From positions 4,422 to 68,421 of the forward strand of contig JAURPG010000021.1 in the NCBI GenBank assembly GCA_030835405.1: a DNA stretch of 64,000 nucleotides. The letters run 5' to 3'. The notes below the pieces were generated by a model. That model saw only the letters and a list, made by a program, of their open reading frames with translations. It ran no database searches and was not told the origin of the DNA. Made by a program: the position numbers and the translations under genes. The DNA is from Gammaproteobacteria bacterium (lineage in GTDB: Bacteria > Pseudomonadota > Gammaproteobacteria > Eutrophobiales > Eutrophobiaceae). Below, piece by piece: positions 39,582 to 50,545 of the stretch (position 1 is its first letter; the number at the start of each line of letters is the position of its first letter).

Positions 39582-41600
39582 GTGCAAAAAATTCAAACAA
39601 CAATCTTTTCATTTGATGTTTTTGATACTGTCATAACACGTACAGTTGCCAATCCCATTGATATGTTTGCACATATTAAAAATAGAATGGGCCAAATACA
39701 GGGGGTTCCTGAAAAATTAATAAATAGTTTTTCACGCATTAGAAGGCATGAAGAGATTGCTGCACGCAGAAAATCCTCAAATGAAGATATTTCAATAAAA
39801 GATATTTATAACGAGATACAGGAAAACTACAACCTTGAAAAAGATGTGGTTGACAGCCTTATCTCTCTGGAAATACAGGTGGAACGCGAATTTATTAAAC
39901 CAATTTCACCTACTATAGAAGAGATTAGCCGAATGCGTGCCCGGGGAAGTGAGATAATTTTTATATCTGACATGTATCTACCGCAAGAATTTATTGAGTC
40001 TATATTATTAGATTTTGGGGCATTTAATCCAGGCGACAGGCTTTACCTTTCCGGACAGATTGGACTATCCAAGGCAACGGGTAGTCTTTATCGGTATATA
40101 TTAAATGAGAGGGATTTACGCCCGGACCAATTGGTTCATTATGGTGATAATAAGAAATCAGATATAGACATTCCCCAATCTTTTGGTATCAAGATTAATT
40201 CGAGCTTGCAATTAAATCTAAATGCAAGTTTGTATGAAAATCTGATGTTATCATCAAAGTGTGATATGCCAGGATTAAAGTCTGTGTTAGTTGGGGCTAG
40301 TCATGCTGCCAGACTTGGGATACCGCATGAAAATGAAAGACAACAAATAATTGGAGACATCTCAGCCAATATCGCCGCACCTGCATTTTACTCTTATATT
40401 TGGTGGGTATTGTTAAAAGCCAAAAGTAGAGGCATCAAATCACTATATTTTATGTCTAGAGATGGCCATATTCTTCTGCAAATTGCGAGAATAATAGAAG
40501 CAAAATTAAATACCGGGATCAGCTTAAAATATTTATATGTCTCTCGTGAATCCCTGCTACTAGCTTCAATTGCAAATGGTCTGGAGTCAGACTATATATG
40601 GCTGATAACCTACTTGCCAAAAATATCCATCAATAATGTTTGCGAACTATTGGATACTACAACTGAGGAATTAACGCATATTCTTGTTGATTATGGCTTT
40701 AAGGAAGAGGATTGGGACATTGAAATTGATCATAAACTCGCTGACTTATTCTGGGATTTCTTTAAAGATCAACGAACACAAGAAATAATAAACAAGAATA
40801 ACCAAACCCGTTTTGACAATACCTTAGGTTATCTAAGACAGGAAGGACTGACTGAAAATAATAATTTTGCTGTGGTGGATATAGGATGGCAATGCCATAG
40901 TCAAATGGCGCTGAGCAGTATCCTGGATGGGGGAGGACAAAGACCATCTAACGGAGTATCCGGGTTTTATTTTGGTTTTGGCCGGAAAGTATATGTATAT
41001 AAAAACGATAGTGTTTTTTCATTTTCTGCTGATTTAGATATTAGAAAAGTATTTTATCATTACAGCATTTTTGAAGTATTTGCATCAGCTACACACGGCA
41101 AGACGGTGGGGTATGCGCGCGAAGGTGATAACTATGTGCCAGTCTTAAACAAAGAAGAAAACAGTAACGCTATAGCCTGGGGTTTGGATATTCAGGAACG
41201 GACAATTCTGAAATTTAGTGAGTATATATCTGAACATCTTGAACATTCTAATTTCAATTATCAGACAATAAAATCAATATTAAAACCGATAATTTTTCGG
41301 TTTACACAAAAGCCAACGCCAGTGGAAGCAGATATCTATGGTGATTTTCTATTTTCCTGTTATTTACAAGAATCCGGGTATGATCCTATCGCACCAAAAC
41401 TAAGCAGGAAAGAATTCTGGGAAAAATTAATTGCCGGAGACAGGGTCATTAGTCTCTGGTTTTCCGGCACCTTCTCAAGATCCAACCTGAAAATTGAAGG
41501 TATGATTTGGAATATCAATATATTTCGCAGGGTATTGCAATCTTATATCAGAGTCAGATACGGTCGACAAAAGAAATATTTTTTTAACATGGATATTTGA
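39582..41600 (+). CDS. HAD phosphatase + phosphoribosyltransferase-like two-domain protein; probable glycan ribofuranosyltransferase
   Basis: SFDVFDT, ISDMYL, HYGDNKKSD (HAD); FMSRDG, YVSR, VVDIGW (PRT-like). Confidence 0.7.
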   Translation: MQKIQTTIFSFDVFDTVITRTVANPIDMFAHIKNRMGQIQGVPEKLINSFSRIRRHEEIAARRKSSNEDISIKDIYNEIQENYNLEKDVVDSLISLEIQVEREFIKPISPTIEEISRMRARGSEIIFISDMYLPQEFIESILLDFGAFNPGDRLYLSGQIGLSKATGSLYRYILNERDLRPDQLVHYGDNKKSDIDIPQSFGIKINSSLQLNLNASLYENLMLSSKCDMPGLKSVLVGASHAARLGIPHENERQQIIGDISANIAAPAFYSYIWWVLLKAKSRGIKSLYFMSRDGHILLQIARIIEAKLNTGISLKYLYVSRESLLLASIANGLESDYIWLITYLPKISINNVCELLDTTTEELTHILVDYGFKEEDWDIEIDHKLADLFWDFFKDQRTQEIINKNNQTRFDNTLGYLRQEGLTENNNFAVVDIGWQCHSQMALSSILDGGGQRPSNGVSGFYFGFGRKVYVYKNDSVFSFSADLDIRKVFYHYSIFEVFASATHGKTVGYAREGDNYVPVLNKEENSNAIAWGLDIQERTILKFSEYISEHLEHSNFNYQTIKSILKPIIFRFTQKPTPVEADIYGDFLFSCYLQESGYDPIAPKLSRKEFWEKLIAGDRVISLWFSGTFSRSNLKIEGMIWNINIFRRVLQSYIRVRYGRQKKYFFNMDI

Positions 41601-41653
41601 AATGATTCTTTCGATGCAGAAATATTTTAAATTATATATTCCAGGGTTTAAGT

Positions 41654-42637
41654 TTGAAGACAATATATAGTCCGGTTTTTTCAGGTAGTGGTGTAGTGGT
41701 ACTACATCAATCACTATCCAGTTTAATAGATGATTATCAATTGGATATTTTTTCATCTAAATGGCAGTTCGCACCATTTGTATTACCGTTTATTAGCAAG
41801 CCTGACAATTGTGATGTAATCCATACAATCCCTGACTACGCCCCATATTTTTACAGACCTGGTGTCAAGCTTGTCGTGACATTTCATAATTATGTACTAG
41901 ACAGTTATATGCTCAAAAATTCCAGTATGTTGCAGCGGATTCACTATAAAACTGATTTGCGCTGGAATATATTAAAATCGCTCGAGATTGCAGATGTCGT
42001 AACTGCTGTGAGCCAAGCTACAGCAGAATTAATAAAGCGTGATTTGGACTACGATGCTGATATTAAGGTTATAAACAATGGTGTAGATACATCAATCTAT
42101 AATCCAGCAAAACACATTGAAAATTGTCATAGAGTAAAAGTTTTTTTCAGTGGTAATTTATCTGCTAGAAAAGGCGCACCATTACTGCCGTTTATTGCAG
42201 ATAAGTTAAAAGAGAATATCACTATTTACTATACTTCTGGTTTAAATAAAAAATCCCAATTACCTGGGCATCCCAGGCTTGAATGCCTGGGGATGATAAA
42301 TAACAAGGACATGGCATCTCTATATCGTACGATGGACATATTATTATTACCATCTATAAGAGAAGGGATGAATCTTTCCATACTTGAAGCAATGGCGAGT
42401 GGCTTGCCTGTCATAACTTCAAACTGCTCATCTATGCCAGAGCAAATCATTGATGGGGATGGAGGTTATCTTTGTGAACCGGGTGATGTCGAAGAGTTTG
42501 CCGAAAAGATAAATTATTTGGCAGATCGCCCTGATAAAAGAGTGAGTATGGGCAGCTATAATAAAAACCGTGTTATAGATAATTTCTCTATAAAAACGAT
42601 GGTGCAAGGCTATAAATCACTATTTAATGCCTTATAG
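41654..42637 (+). CDS. GT4 glycosyltransferase
   Basis: VTFHN, NGVD, RKG, EGMNLSILEAMASGLPVI. Confidence 0.88.
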   Translation: MKTIYSPVFSGSGVVVLHQSLSSLIDDYQLDIFSSKWQFAPFVLPFISKPDNCDVIHTIPDYAPYFYRPGVKLVVTFHNYVLDSYMLKNSSMLQRIHYKTDLRWNILKSLEIADVVTAVSQATAELIKRDLDYDADIKVINNGVDTSIYNPAKHIENCHRVKVFFSGNLSARKGAPLLPFIADKLKENITIYYTSGLNKKSQLPGHPRLECLGMINNKDMASLYRTMDILLLPSIREGMNLSILEAMASGLPVITSNCSSMPEQIIDGDGGYLCEPGDVEEFAEKINYLADRPDKRVSMGSYNKNRVIDNFSIKTMVQGYKSLFNAL

Positions 42638-42735
42638 CGTACTATTCCCTGACTTATATTATTAACAGATTATATTTTTGTATATCATTGAAACATTAAA
42701 AAAATAAAACAATTAATATCACAGTACAATATTAA

Positions 42736-43998
42736 ATGAAAAATTATCCCTGCCCAGCACCATTTTCTCAATTATATGTATTGCCTAGAACAATGCTTGA
42801 TCTCAGGTTTTGTAGTTATCATCAGCCTGTTTTTGTGAATGATCAGAAAAAAATGTATGAAGAAGGGACAAAGGGACTAAATCATTTTTTTAATACGAAT
42901 CGTGAATTAATTAGAAGACGTGAGGAATATCTTAAAGGTAATTTCATTGAAGGTGCAGGTTGTTCTCCTGACTGTTTCTGGTACTGCAAATGGAAGACAA
43001 GCGGAGAAGGTTTTTCGCCTGATGATTATAAATCGGATTCCGGTGACTATTTAGTTCGAAAGCTTTGGCTGACGATAGGGCCTGATTGTAATATTTTTTG
43101 TCGTTATTGCCTTGACCCAAAAGAATTCCATATTGACTACAATACTTGTGACCTTCAGGTGATGGATTTGGCCCGCGATTTTGTCGCACAAGGGGGAGAA
43201 ATTCTTCTTACCGGGGGTGAGCCTTTCCTTCCAAAATTCAAGTTGAGTCAGGTTTTAGAGCAACTTTCAAACAGTGAGGATGTGAAAGGTGAATTTGAGA
43301 TCCATACAAATGGAATGTTTTTAAATGAAAGAAACCGGGACCTTATTCTCCGGGGGCCAGTCAGGTCAGTTGATATTTCTATGGATACCTTACGTAAAGA
43401 TTTATTTGAATACCTTCGAAAAGGTGCTGATTTTGATAAAGTCTGGGGCAATGTACTGTCATTAAAGAAGGAACGAGATCAGCTTGGATTGAAAAGACCA
43501 AGAATTATGCTCTTGTGTGCCGTGATGACAGATAACTATTCACATTTGGTAGAAACTGTAGAAAAAGCAATTGGTGAAGGGCTTATGATAAGCTTAAATG
43601 CACTTTTTAAAGCATACTATTCTCCTGATTTTAGTGGTGCCCATGGCTTGCACAATCTTGAAATACAAGAATTAAGAAAGTTATACGATGATATTTTGTA
43701 TCTGGAAGAAACTTATGGGCCAACAGGACCAGTACATTATCATGGTATTAAAGGTCAGGTAGAAAACCTCATAGAATCAAAGGAATCGGGTTCAAAGGGA
43801 CCTCAGGTTGTCCTGGGTGATGGTGGAGAAGCCAAAAGAAAAGCAAGTGTTAAAACATTAATTAGCCGGGGTAAGTTTAAGCCGGCATTTATGAAACTTG
43901 CCAGAAATACCATCGGTCCCCGATTACGTGGAAATACTATTTCATTACTACGACAGGGGAAAATAAAAGAAGGGATTTTAAATATTTTCAGAAACTAG
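42736..43998 (+). CDS. Radical SAM protein with an N-terminal Cys-containing twitch/SPASM-like segment
   Basis: CNIFCRYC, TGGEP, TNG, ISMD, LRKGADF; N-terminal CPAPF...FC...CSPDC..YC. Confidence 0.85.
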   Translation: MKNYPCPAPFSQLYVLPRTMLDLRFCSYHQPVFVNDQKKMYEEGTKGLNHFFNTNRELIRRREEYLKGNFIEGAGCSPDCFWYCKWKTSGEGFSPDDYKSDSGDYLVRKLWLTIGPDCNIFCRYCLDPKEFHIDYNTCDLQVMDLARDFVAQGGEILLTGGEPFLPKFKLSQVLEQLSNSEDVKGEFEIHTNGMFLNERNRDLILRGPVRSVDISMDTLRKDLFEYLRKGADFDKVWGNVLSLKKERDQLGLKRPRIMLLCAVMTDNYSHLVETVEKAIGEGLMISLNALFKAYYSPDFSGAHGLHNLEIQELRKLYDDILYLEETYGPTGPVHYHGIKGQVENLIESKESGSKGPQVVLGDGGEAKRKASVKTLISRGKFKPAFMKLARNTIGPRLRGNTISLLRQGKIKEGILNIFRN

Positions 43999-44045
43999 GC
44001 AGGCTTAAATACCAGGCGAACTATTTCAGAATATTAAAAGTTAAT

Positions 44046-44825
44046 TCATTCTACAGAGTTGATGATCTTAAATAAATCTGCATGAATATCCGGGTTGCCA
44101 CAAAGTATATTGCCACTTGAAAGAAATGATTCGTTATTAGCCACGCCAGTTACGATTCCACCAGCCTCCTGAACCAAAAGTGACCCTGCCGCTATGTCCC
44201 ATTGCTTGAGTCCATATTCCCAGTATCCATCCAATCTTCCACAGGCCACATAGGCCAGGTCCAATGAAGCTGCACCTGCCCTTCGAATACCTGCGGTTAC
44301 TGGAAAAATAGCTCGAAATGTTTTAAGAAAGGTTTCCATGTCAAGGCTTTCCCCGAAAGGAAACCCGGTCCCCAATAAAGCACCATTTAAATGCTTTCTT
44401 TTGCTGACACGTATTTTTCTATTATCGAGCAGGGCACCTTCTCCTCTTGTGGCGGTAAATAGTTCCTGTTTTAAGGGGTCATAAACTATTGCGTGGTTAA
44501 TTTGGTCTTTTTGTTTAACGGCAATGGATATTGCAAATTGAGGGAATCCATGCAGAAAATTTGTTGTTCCGTCGAGGGGATCAATTATCCATTGAAATTC
44601 ACCTTCTCCGTGTAAGCCACTTTCTTCTGCAATTATCCCGTGGTCCGGATAAGAACTATGAATTGTATCAATGATAATTCTTTCGGAGTTTCTATCAATT
44701 TCTGATACAAAATCATTTAGTTTTTTTTCGTGAATCTGGATATCAGATGCCCTGTCCAGATTACGGATAATATAATCACCTGCTTTTCTTGCAGCGCGTA
44801 TACCTATAGTAATGAGTGGATGCAT
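44046..44825 (-). CDS. suhB: Inositol monophosphatase SuhB
   Basis: AARKAG, EESG, WIIDPLDGTTNF, RRAGAASLDL, WDIAAG. Confidence 0.95.
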   Translation of the reverse strand: MHPLITIGIRAARKAGDYIIRNLDRASDIQIHEKKLNDFVSEIDRNSERIIIDTIHSSYPDHGIIAEESGLHGEGEFQWIIDPLDGTTNFLHGFPQFAISIAVKQKDQINHAIVYDPLKQELFTATRGEGALLDNRKIRVSKRKHLNGALLGTGFPFGESLDMETFLKTFRAIFPVTAGIRRAGAASLDLAYVACGRLDGYWEYGLKQWDIAAGSLLVQEAGGIVTGVANNESFLSSGNILCGNPDIHADLFKIINSVE

Positions 44826-44989
44826 TGATTATGATTATCAGAATATCTAAGTGGATTTATCCAAGCGTATATATTATTACTTTATTGCTTCAATATTGGT
44901 ATCTATATTTTAAGATATCACACGGATTAGATTGCGTGTTAGATTAACTTCATTCTAAATTGGCAGGTTATTTCTGCGGTTAATCAGGA

Positions 44990-45691
44990 TTAGTACTTTA
45001 AAAATCCATATCTAAAAATGCAGTAGATCGCGCTTACTCCATCTTGCCAACTAATTTTTTTTCCTTCCGCATAAGTTCGGCCAGCATAAGAAATACCAAC
45101 CTCATAGATTTTAATTTCAGGTATTCGAGATAGCTTTATTGTGATCTCTGGTTCAAATCCAAACCGGTTTTCCTGCAAATTGATTTTTTGGATTATTTCT
45201 CTTCGGATTAATTTGTAACAGCTTTCCATATCAGTGAGGTTAAGGTCACTCACCATATTACAGAGTAACGTCAAGAATTTATTGCCTATTGAATGCCAGA
45301 AATACAATACCCGGTGAGACTCTCCCCCCAGGAAGCGACTGCCAAAGACCACATCGGCATTATGTTTAATAACTGGTTGAAGCATCAGATCATATTCTGC
45401 CGGGTCATATTCAAGATCTGCATCCTGAATAATGACATAATCCCCTGTGGCTTGCTGGATCCCTGTTCTGATTGCTGCTCCCTTTCCCTGATTTGATTCG
45501 TGAAATAATAGTATATCAATAAGCGAATGAAGTTCGCCCTTTAACAAATCACGTGTGCCATCAGTTGAGCCATCATCAACAACAATAATTTGTTTGTTTT
45601 CAACAGGCAATAAATGCACCTGGTTAATAAGTTTTTCAACTGTTGCAAGTTCATTAAAGCAGGGAATGATGATGGATAGTCAATATGACAT
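44990..45691 (-). pseudogene. DPM1/ArnC-like GT2 with an in-frame TGA at codon 4
   Basis: ATG TCA TAT TGA CTA TCC ATC ATC ATT CCC TGC TTT AAT GAA (MSY*LSIIIPCFNE) is in frame with ORF 44990..45619 (VDDGSTDGT, QDADLEYDP, RFGFEPE, GKKI). Confidence 0.75.
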
Positions 45692-45840
45692 AATATAGGC
45701 TTATTACCGTAATGGAATCTCCCTCTGGATTATAAGAACCTTACAGGGAATAATCTATATGATGAAGATTGATCTGGTTTGATATATGAATTTTAGAAAT
45801 CATCCTTGCAGTTTATCATGATGTTAAGACGTCATTCACA

Positions 45841-46569
45841 GTGAAAAATATCCATATCATCCTTGTGGAGACAACACATCCAGGCAACATTGGTGCTTCC
45901 GCCCGTGCAATGAAGACTATGGGCTTGTATTCACTTAGGTTGGTCAATCCAAAAATATTTCCCAGTGCTGATGCTACTGTACGTGCTGCAGGTGCCGACG
46001 ACATCCTTTCAGAAGCGACATTACATGAAACGCTGGCTGATGCAGTAGGAGACTGTAAGTTTGTTTATGGCACGAGTACTCGAAAGCGTAATTTGCAATG
46101 TGAAGTCTTGAGCCCGGTTTCAATGGCGGGTGAAATTAGTAAATTTATATATGATAACGTCAATATTGGTATCGTATTTGGCAGAGAGCGAACCGGTCTG
46201 ACAAATACTGAACTTGATTTATGTGACAAGATGATAGCTATCCCTGCCAACCCAGCCTTCTCTTCCCTTAATCTCGCGTCCGCGGTGCAGATTGTTTGTT
46301 ATGAAGTCATGAAGGCATTCTCTGTAAATGAACAAACCACGATGATAGACATGCCCAAAGTGATACCCGTGGAACGTGCGGAGCTGGAACGATTTTATGC
46401 ACACCTGGAACAATGCCTGATAGATGTGGAATTCCTGGACCCGGATAAACCCAGGCGATTGATGAGAAGATTAAAGCAAATGTTTAATCGCATCGGGATG
46501 GATCAGAATGAATATAATATGATGCGAGGGGTCTTGACTGCCATACAGGAAAAAATTAGACAAAGATAA
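45841..46569 (+). CDS. trmJ: tRNA (cytidine/uridine-32 2'-O)-methyltransferase TrmJ
   Basis: [35 protein letters not shown]. Confidence 0.93.
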   Translation: MKNIHIILVETTHPGNIGASARAMKTMGLYSLRLVNPKIFPSADATVRAAGADDILSEATLHETLADAVGDCKFVYGTSTRKRNLQCEVLSPVSMAGEISKFIYDNVNIGIVFGRERTGLTNTELDLCDKMIAIPANPAFSSLNLASAVQIVCYEVMKAFSVNEQTTMIDMPKVIPVERAELERFYAHLEQCLIDVEFLDPDKPRRLMRRLKQMFNRIGMDQNEYNMMRGVLTAIQEKIRQR

Positions 46570-47605
46570 CCTGATCGGTATCGTTATCATTTCTTTCGAT
46601 GACTTCACCCATTTGCCAGGCATCAATATCGTTTGATTTTAAGATATTGATTACAGTGTCAGATTCAGCCGCATTAACCATTAAAACCATCCCCACACCA
46701 CAATTGAATACCCGGTACATCTCGTCTTGTGTGATATTGCCTGTGGATTGTAACCAGTTAAAAATTTCCGGGCATTGCCAGCTGTTACTATCAATGGAGA
46801 CAGCCAGGTTCTCCGGTAGTATTCTGGGAATGTTCTCTATCAGCCCACCACCGGTTATATGGGCGATACCATAAACTGCCTTGGTTTTTATCGTCTCCAG
46901 AACCGGTTTCACGTAAATAACTGTGGGTGTTAGTAGAATGTCCTGAAACAGTTTGCCTGACAGAGATTCAGTTAACTTAGTCTGAGATATCTCCAGTACC
47001 TTGCGGACCAGTGAGAAACCATTGGAGTGCAAACCGCTGGATGCCAGGCCAATAGCAACATTACCCGGAACGATAGACTGACCATCAATTATATTGTCTT
47101 TCTCCACCACGCCAACACAAAAGCCTGCCAGGTCATAATCATTTCCCTTGTACATCCCGGGCATTTCGGCAGTTTCCCCGCCCAGTAACGCACAACCAGC
47201 CATTTCACATCCCTTTACGATGCCAGAAATAAGTGCCTCCCCCTGGTCTACGTCGAGTTTGCCTGTCGCATAATAATCTAGAAAAATAAGTGGTTCCGCG
47301 CCTAATACCACCAGGTCATTGACGCACATGGCCACCAGGTCTATCCCAACTTCATCATGTTTGTTAGTTTCAATAGCGAGTTTTAACTTGGTACCAACCC
47401 CATCGGTACCGGAAACCAGTACGGGCTGTTTGTATCCGAGGCTGGAAATATCGAAAAGCCCACCAAAACCGCCAACATTCCCCAATACACCTGGACGACT
47501 GGTTTTGGGCACCAGATGCTTGATTCGATCAACCAATTCGTTGCCATTATTAATATTTACGCCGGCTTCGGCATAATTGAGATTTGATAGTTCAGATTTG
47601 GCCAT
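46556..47605 (-). CDS. purM: Phosphoribosylaminoimidazole synthetase
   Basis: [36 protein letters not shown]; likely ATG at 47605. Confidence 0.96.
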   Translation of the reverse strand: MAKSELSNLNYAEAGVNINNGNELVDRIKHLVPKTSRPGVLGNVGGFGGLFDISSLGYKQPVLVSGTDGVGTKLKLAIETNKHDEVGIDLVAMCVNDLVVLGAEPLIFLDYYATGKLDVDQGEALISGIVKGCEMAGCALLGGETAEMPGMYKGNDYDLAGFCVGVVEKDNIIDGQSIVPGNVAIGLASSGLHSNGFSLVRKVLEISQTKLTESLSGKLFQDILLTPTVIYVKPVLETIKTKAVYGIAHITGGGLIENIPRILPENLAVSIDSNSWQCPEIFNWLQSTGNITQDEMYRVFNCGVGMVLMVNAAESDTVINILKSNDIDAWQMGEVIERNDNDTDQVIFV

Positions 47606-47681
47606 GTGTGTAATAGTATCTGTACGGCTTTCGGCTGGCAATCCTTGACTTGTCAGAGACTCTTGCTTAGCTTGTCAACCC

Positions 47682-48731
47682 ATGAAAACCGCTAATATTC
47701 GTTTATTACTAATTTGCCTGATATGTTTTCATAGCCAGGTATATGGTATCAGGGTGCCCGGGCTTTATGAAGCTGGGGTTTACGTGGAAGATCAGTCTGT
47801 CCAGGTCAGGCAGGTTGCCACGGAAGCTGCAATGAAAATGGTACTGGTAAAGTTGACCGGTGACAGAAATGCAGCCACGCGCATGGAACTACAGCCATTA
47901 ATTGACAGGTCACAAGACTATGTCCAGCAATACCGTTATCTTGAGCCTGATCAGAATCAGGCCCTTATTGGCTTTGACAATCAATTGACGATTAATGTGC
48001 TCTTTGATGAAACCAATTTGAATGATGCGTTAAGAAGTTTGGGTATTCAGGTATGGGGCAGGGAAAGACCCTCTACACTCGTCTGGATTGCGATACAGGA
48101 CGAAACCAGTAGAAGGATTATTCAGCCAGAGCTATCTCCCGATATTTTTAATGAAATTGAAACCCGTGCACAGGAACGTGGTATTGTTTTAATCAATCCA
48201 CTTTTTGATCTGCAGGATAACTCGGCATTAAGGGCCAGTGATATCTGGGGAGGGTTTCATTTCTCAGTTAAAAATGTATCACAGCGCTATTATCCGGACA
48301 TCATAGTTACCGGAAAAATAGAATCTGCAGTACCAGGCATATGGGAGGGGCAATGGACTGTTTACCTCAATGATAAGATTGAACAGTATTTTACCCAAGG
48401 TTCATATCTTGAATCGGTGTTGAGAGAGGGGGTTGATGGTCTGGCCGATATTATAGCAAGTAACTATAGCCAATCGGTCATGGCAGAAATTGGGAGCATA
48501 GAATTGCAGGTAGTTGATGTAGTAACCGTTGACCAGTATGCAAAAGTTCTTAAGTATTTTGAATCATTAAGTCCGGTAACAGAGGTAGAGGTGCTGGAAA
48601 TTAAACCGGGACAAGTGAATTTCAGGATAAGTGCACATGGAGGTTCATCTGCGGTTGTCCAGGCGATAAACTTTGGACGCATACTAGAAGCGGTTGGTAA
48701 CAACCAGAGCTTATATCGCGTCTTACCCTGA
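47682..48731 (+). CDS. DUF2066 exported protein
   Basis: Signal peptide, LY...V, VLVKLTG, VWG.ERP..LVW, RG...P..D; usual position between purM and hda. Confidence 0.8.
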   Translation: MKTANIRLLLICLICFHSQVYGIRVPGLYEAGVYVEDQSVQVRQVATEAAMKMVLVKLTGDRNAATRMELQPLIDRSQDYVQQYRYLEPDQNQALIGFDNQLTINVLFDETNLNDALRSLGIQVWGRERPSTLVWIAIQDETSRRIIQPELSPDIFNEIETRAQERGIVLINPLFDLQDNSALRASDIWGGFHFSVKNVSQRYYPDIIVTGKIESAVPGIWEGQWTVYLNDKIEQYFTQGSYLESVLREGVDGLADIIASNYSQSVMAEIGSIELQVVDVVTVDQYAKVLKYFESLSPVTEVEVLEIKPGQVNFRISAHGGSSAVVQAINFGRILEAVGNNQSLYRVLP

Positions 48732-48799
48732 GAATGTTGTTTATTCAACGCAAGCTGTCAGCCGAAATACATTAATATGCCTTTTTTGAGATTTAGCAA

Positions 48800-49495
48800 A
48801 TGGTAGATGAGCAAATTCCGTTGCCCATAGGCATATCAGACAAGTTTACTTTTTCTAATTATATTCCCGGTAACAACCAACATGTCTTGGAAAATCTGAC
48901 AAAATATATACAGGATGGGAAAAGTGGGTTTCTGTATTTATGGGGAAAAACCGGGACTGGTAAGAGTCATTTATTACATGCAAGTTGTAAGGCGGCGGCA
49001 CAGGCAAACAGTAAACCTGTTTATCTACCGTTAACTGAATTCCCGGACATGCAGCCTGACATTTTTTTGAGTATGGAAAACCAGGACCTGGTTTGTATTG
49101 ATGATATCAATTCCATTGAAGGTAATGCCCCATGGGAAAGGAGCCTTTTTAATCTTTATAACCAGTTGCAGGAACGGCAAAAATTGCTGATTGTTACCGC
49201 AACAACAAGCCCGTCCGGGAGTGGGTTTGAATTACCTGATCTTAAATCCAGGTTGGCATCAGGTATTATTTATCACCTGGTTGACCTGGATGATAAACAG
49301 CGATTAATCGTGGTTAAAGAACGTGCCAGACAGCGTGGTTTTGAATTGTCAACTGAAGTACTTGATTACCTTGGAAGCCGGGTGGCCCGTGATCTGAAGA
49401 GTTTGTTATCCTGGCTGGACAGGCTGGATGAAGCCTCCCTGGTGACGAAGCGAAAGATCACTGTGCCTTTAATTCGGGATTTATTAAACGAGTAA
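48800..49495 (+). CDS. hda: DnaA regulatory inactivator Hda
   Basis: N-terminal clamp-binding QIPL, GTGKSHLLHA, CIDD, LPDLKSRL. Confidence 0.93.
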   Translation: MVDEQIPLPIGISDKFTFSNYIPGNNQHVLENLTKYIQDGKSGFLYLWGKTGTGKSHLLHASCKAAAQANSKPVYLPLTEFPDMQPDIFLSMENQDLVCIDDINSIEGNAPWERSLFNLYNQLQERQKLLIVTATTSPSGSGFELPDLKSRLASGIIYHLVDLDDKQRLIVVKERARQRGFELSTEVLDYLGSRVARDLKSLLSWLDRLDEASLVTKRKITVPLIRDLLNE

Positions 49496-49497
49496 TT

Positions 49498-50443
<946 letters not shown>

Positions 50444-50545
50444 TATTACCTCCGGGTAGCTATCAATGATATTCTTATGGTTATAGCAAATCGCTTACTG
50501 AATTTTTAAAGTGAATATCTCACGATTATACTTGATATAGGCAGC

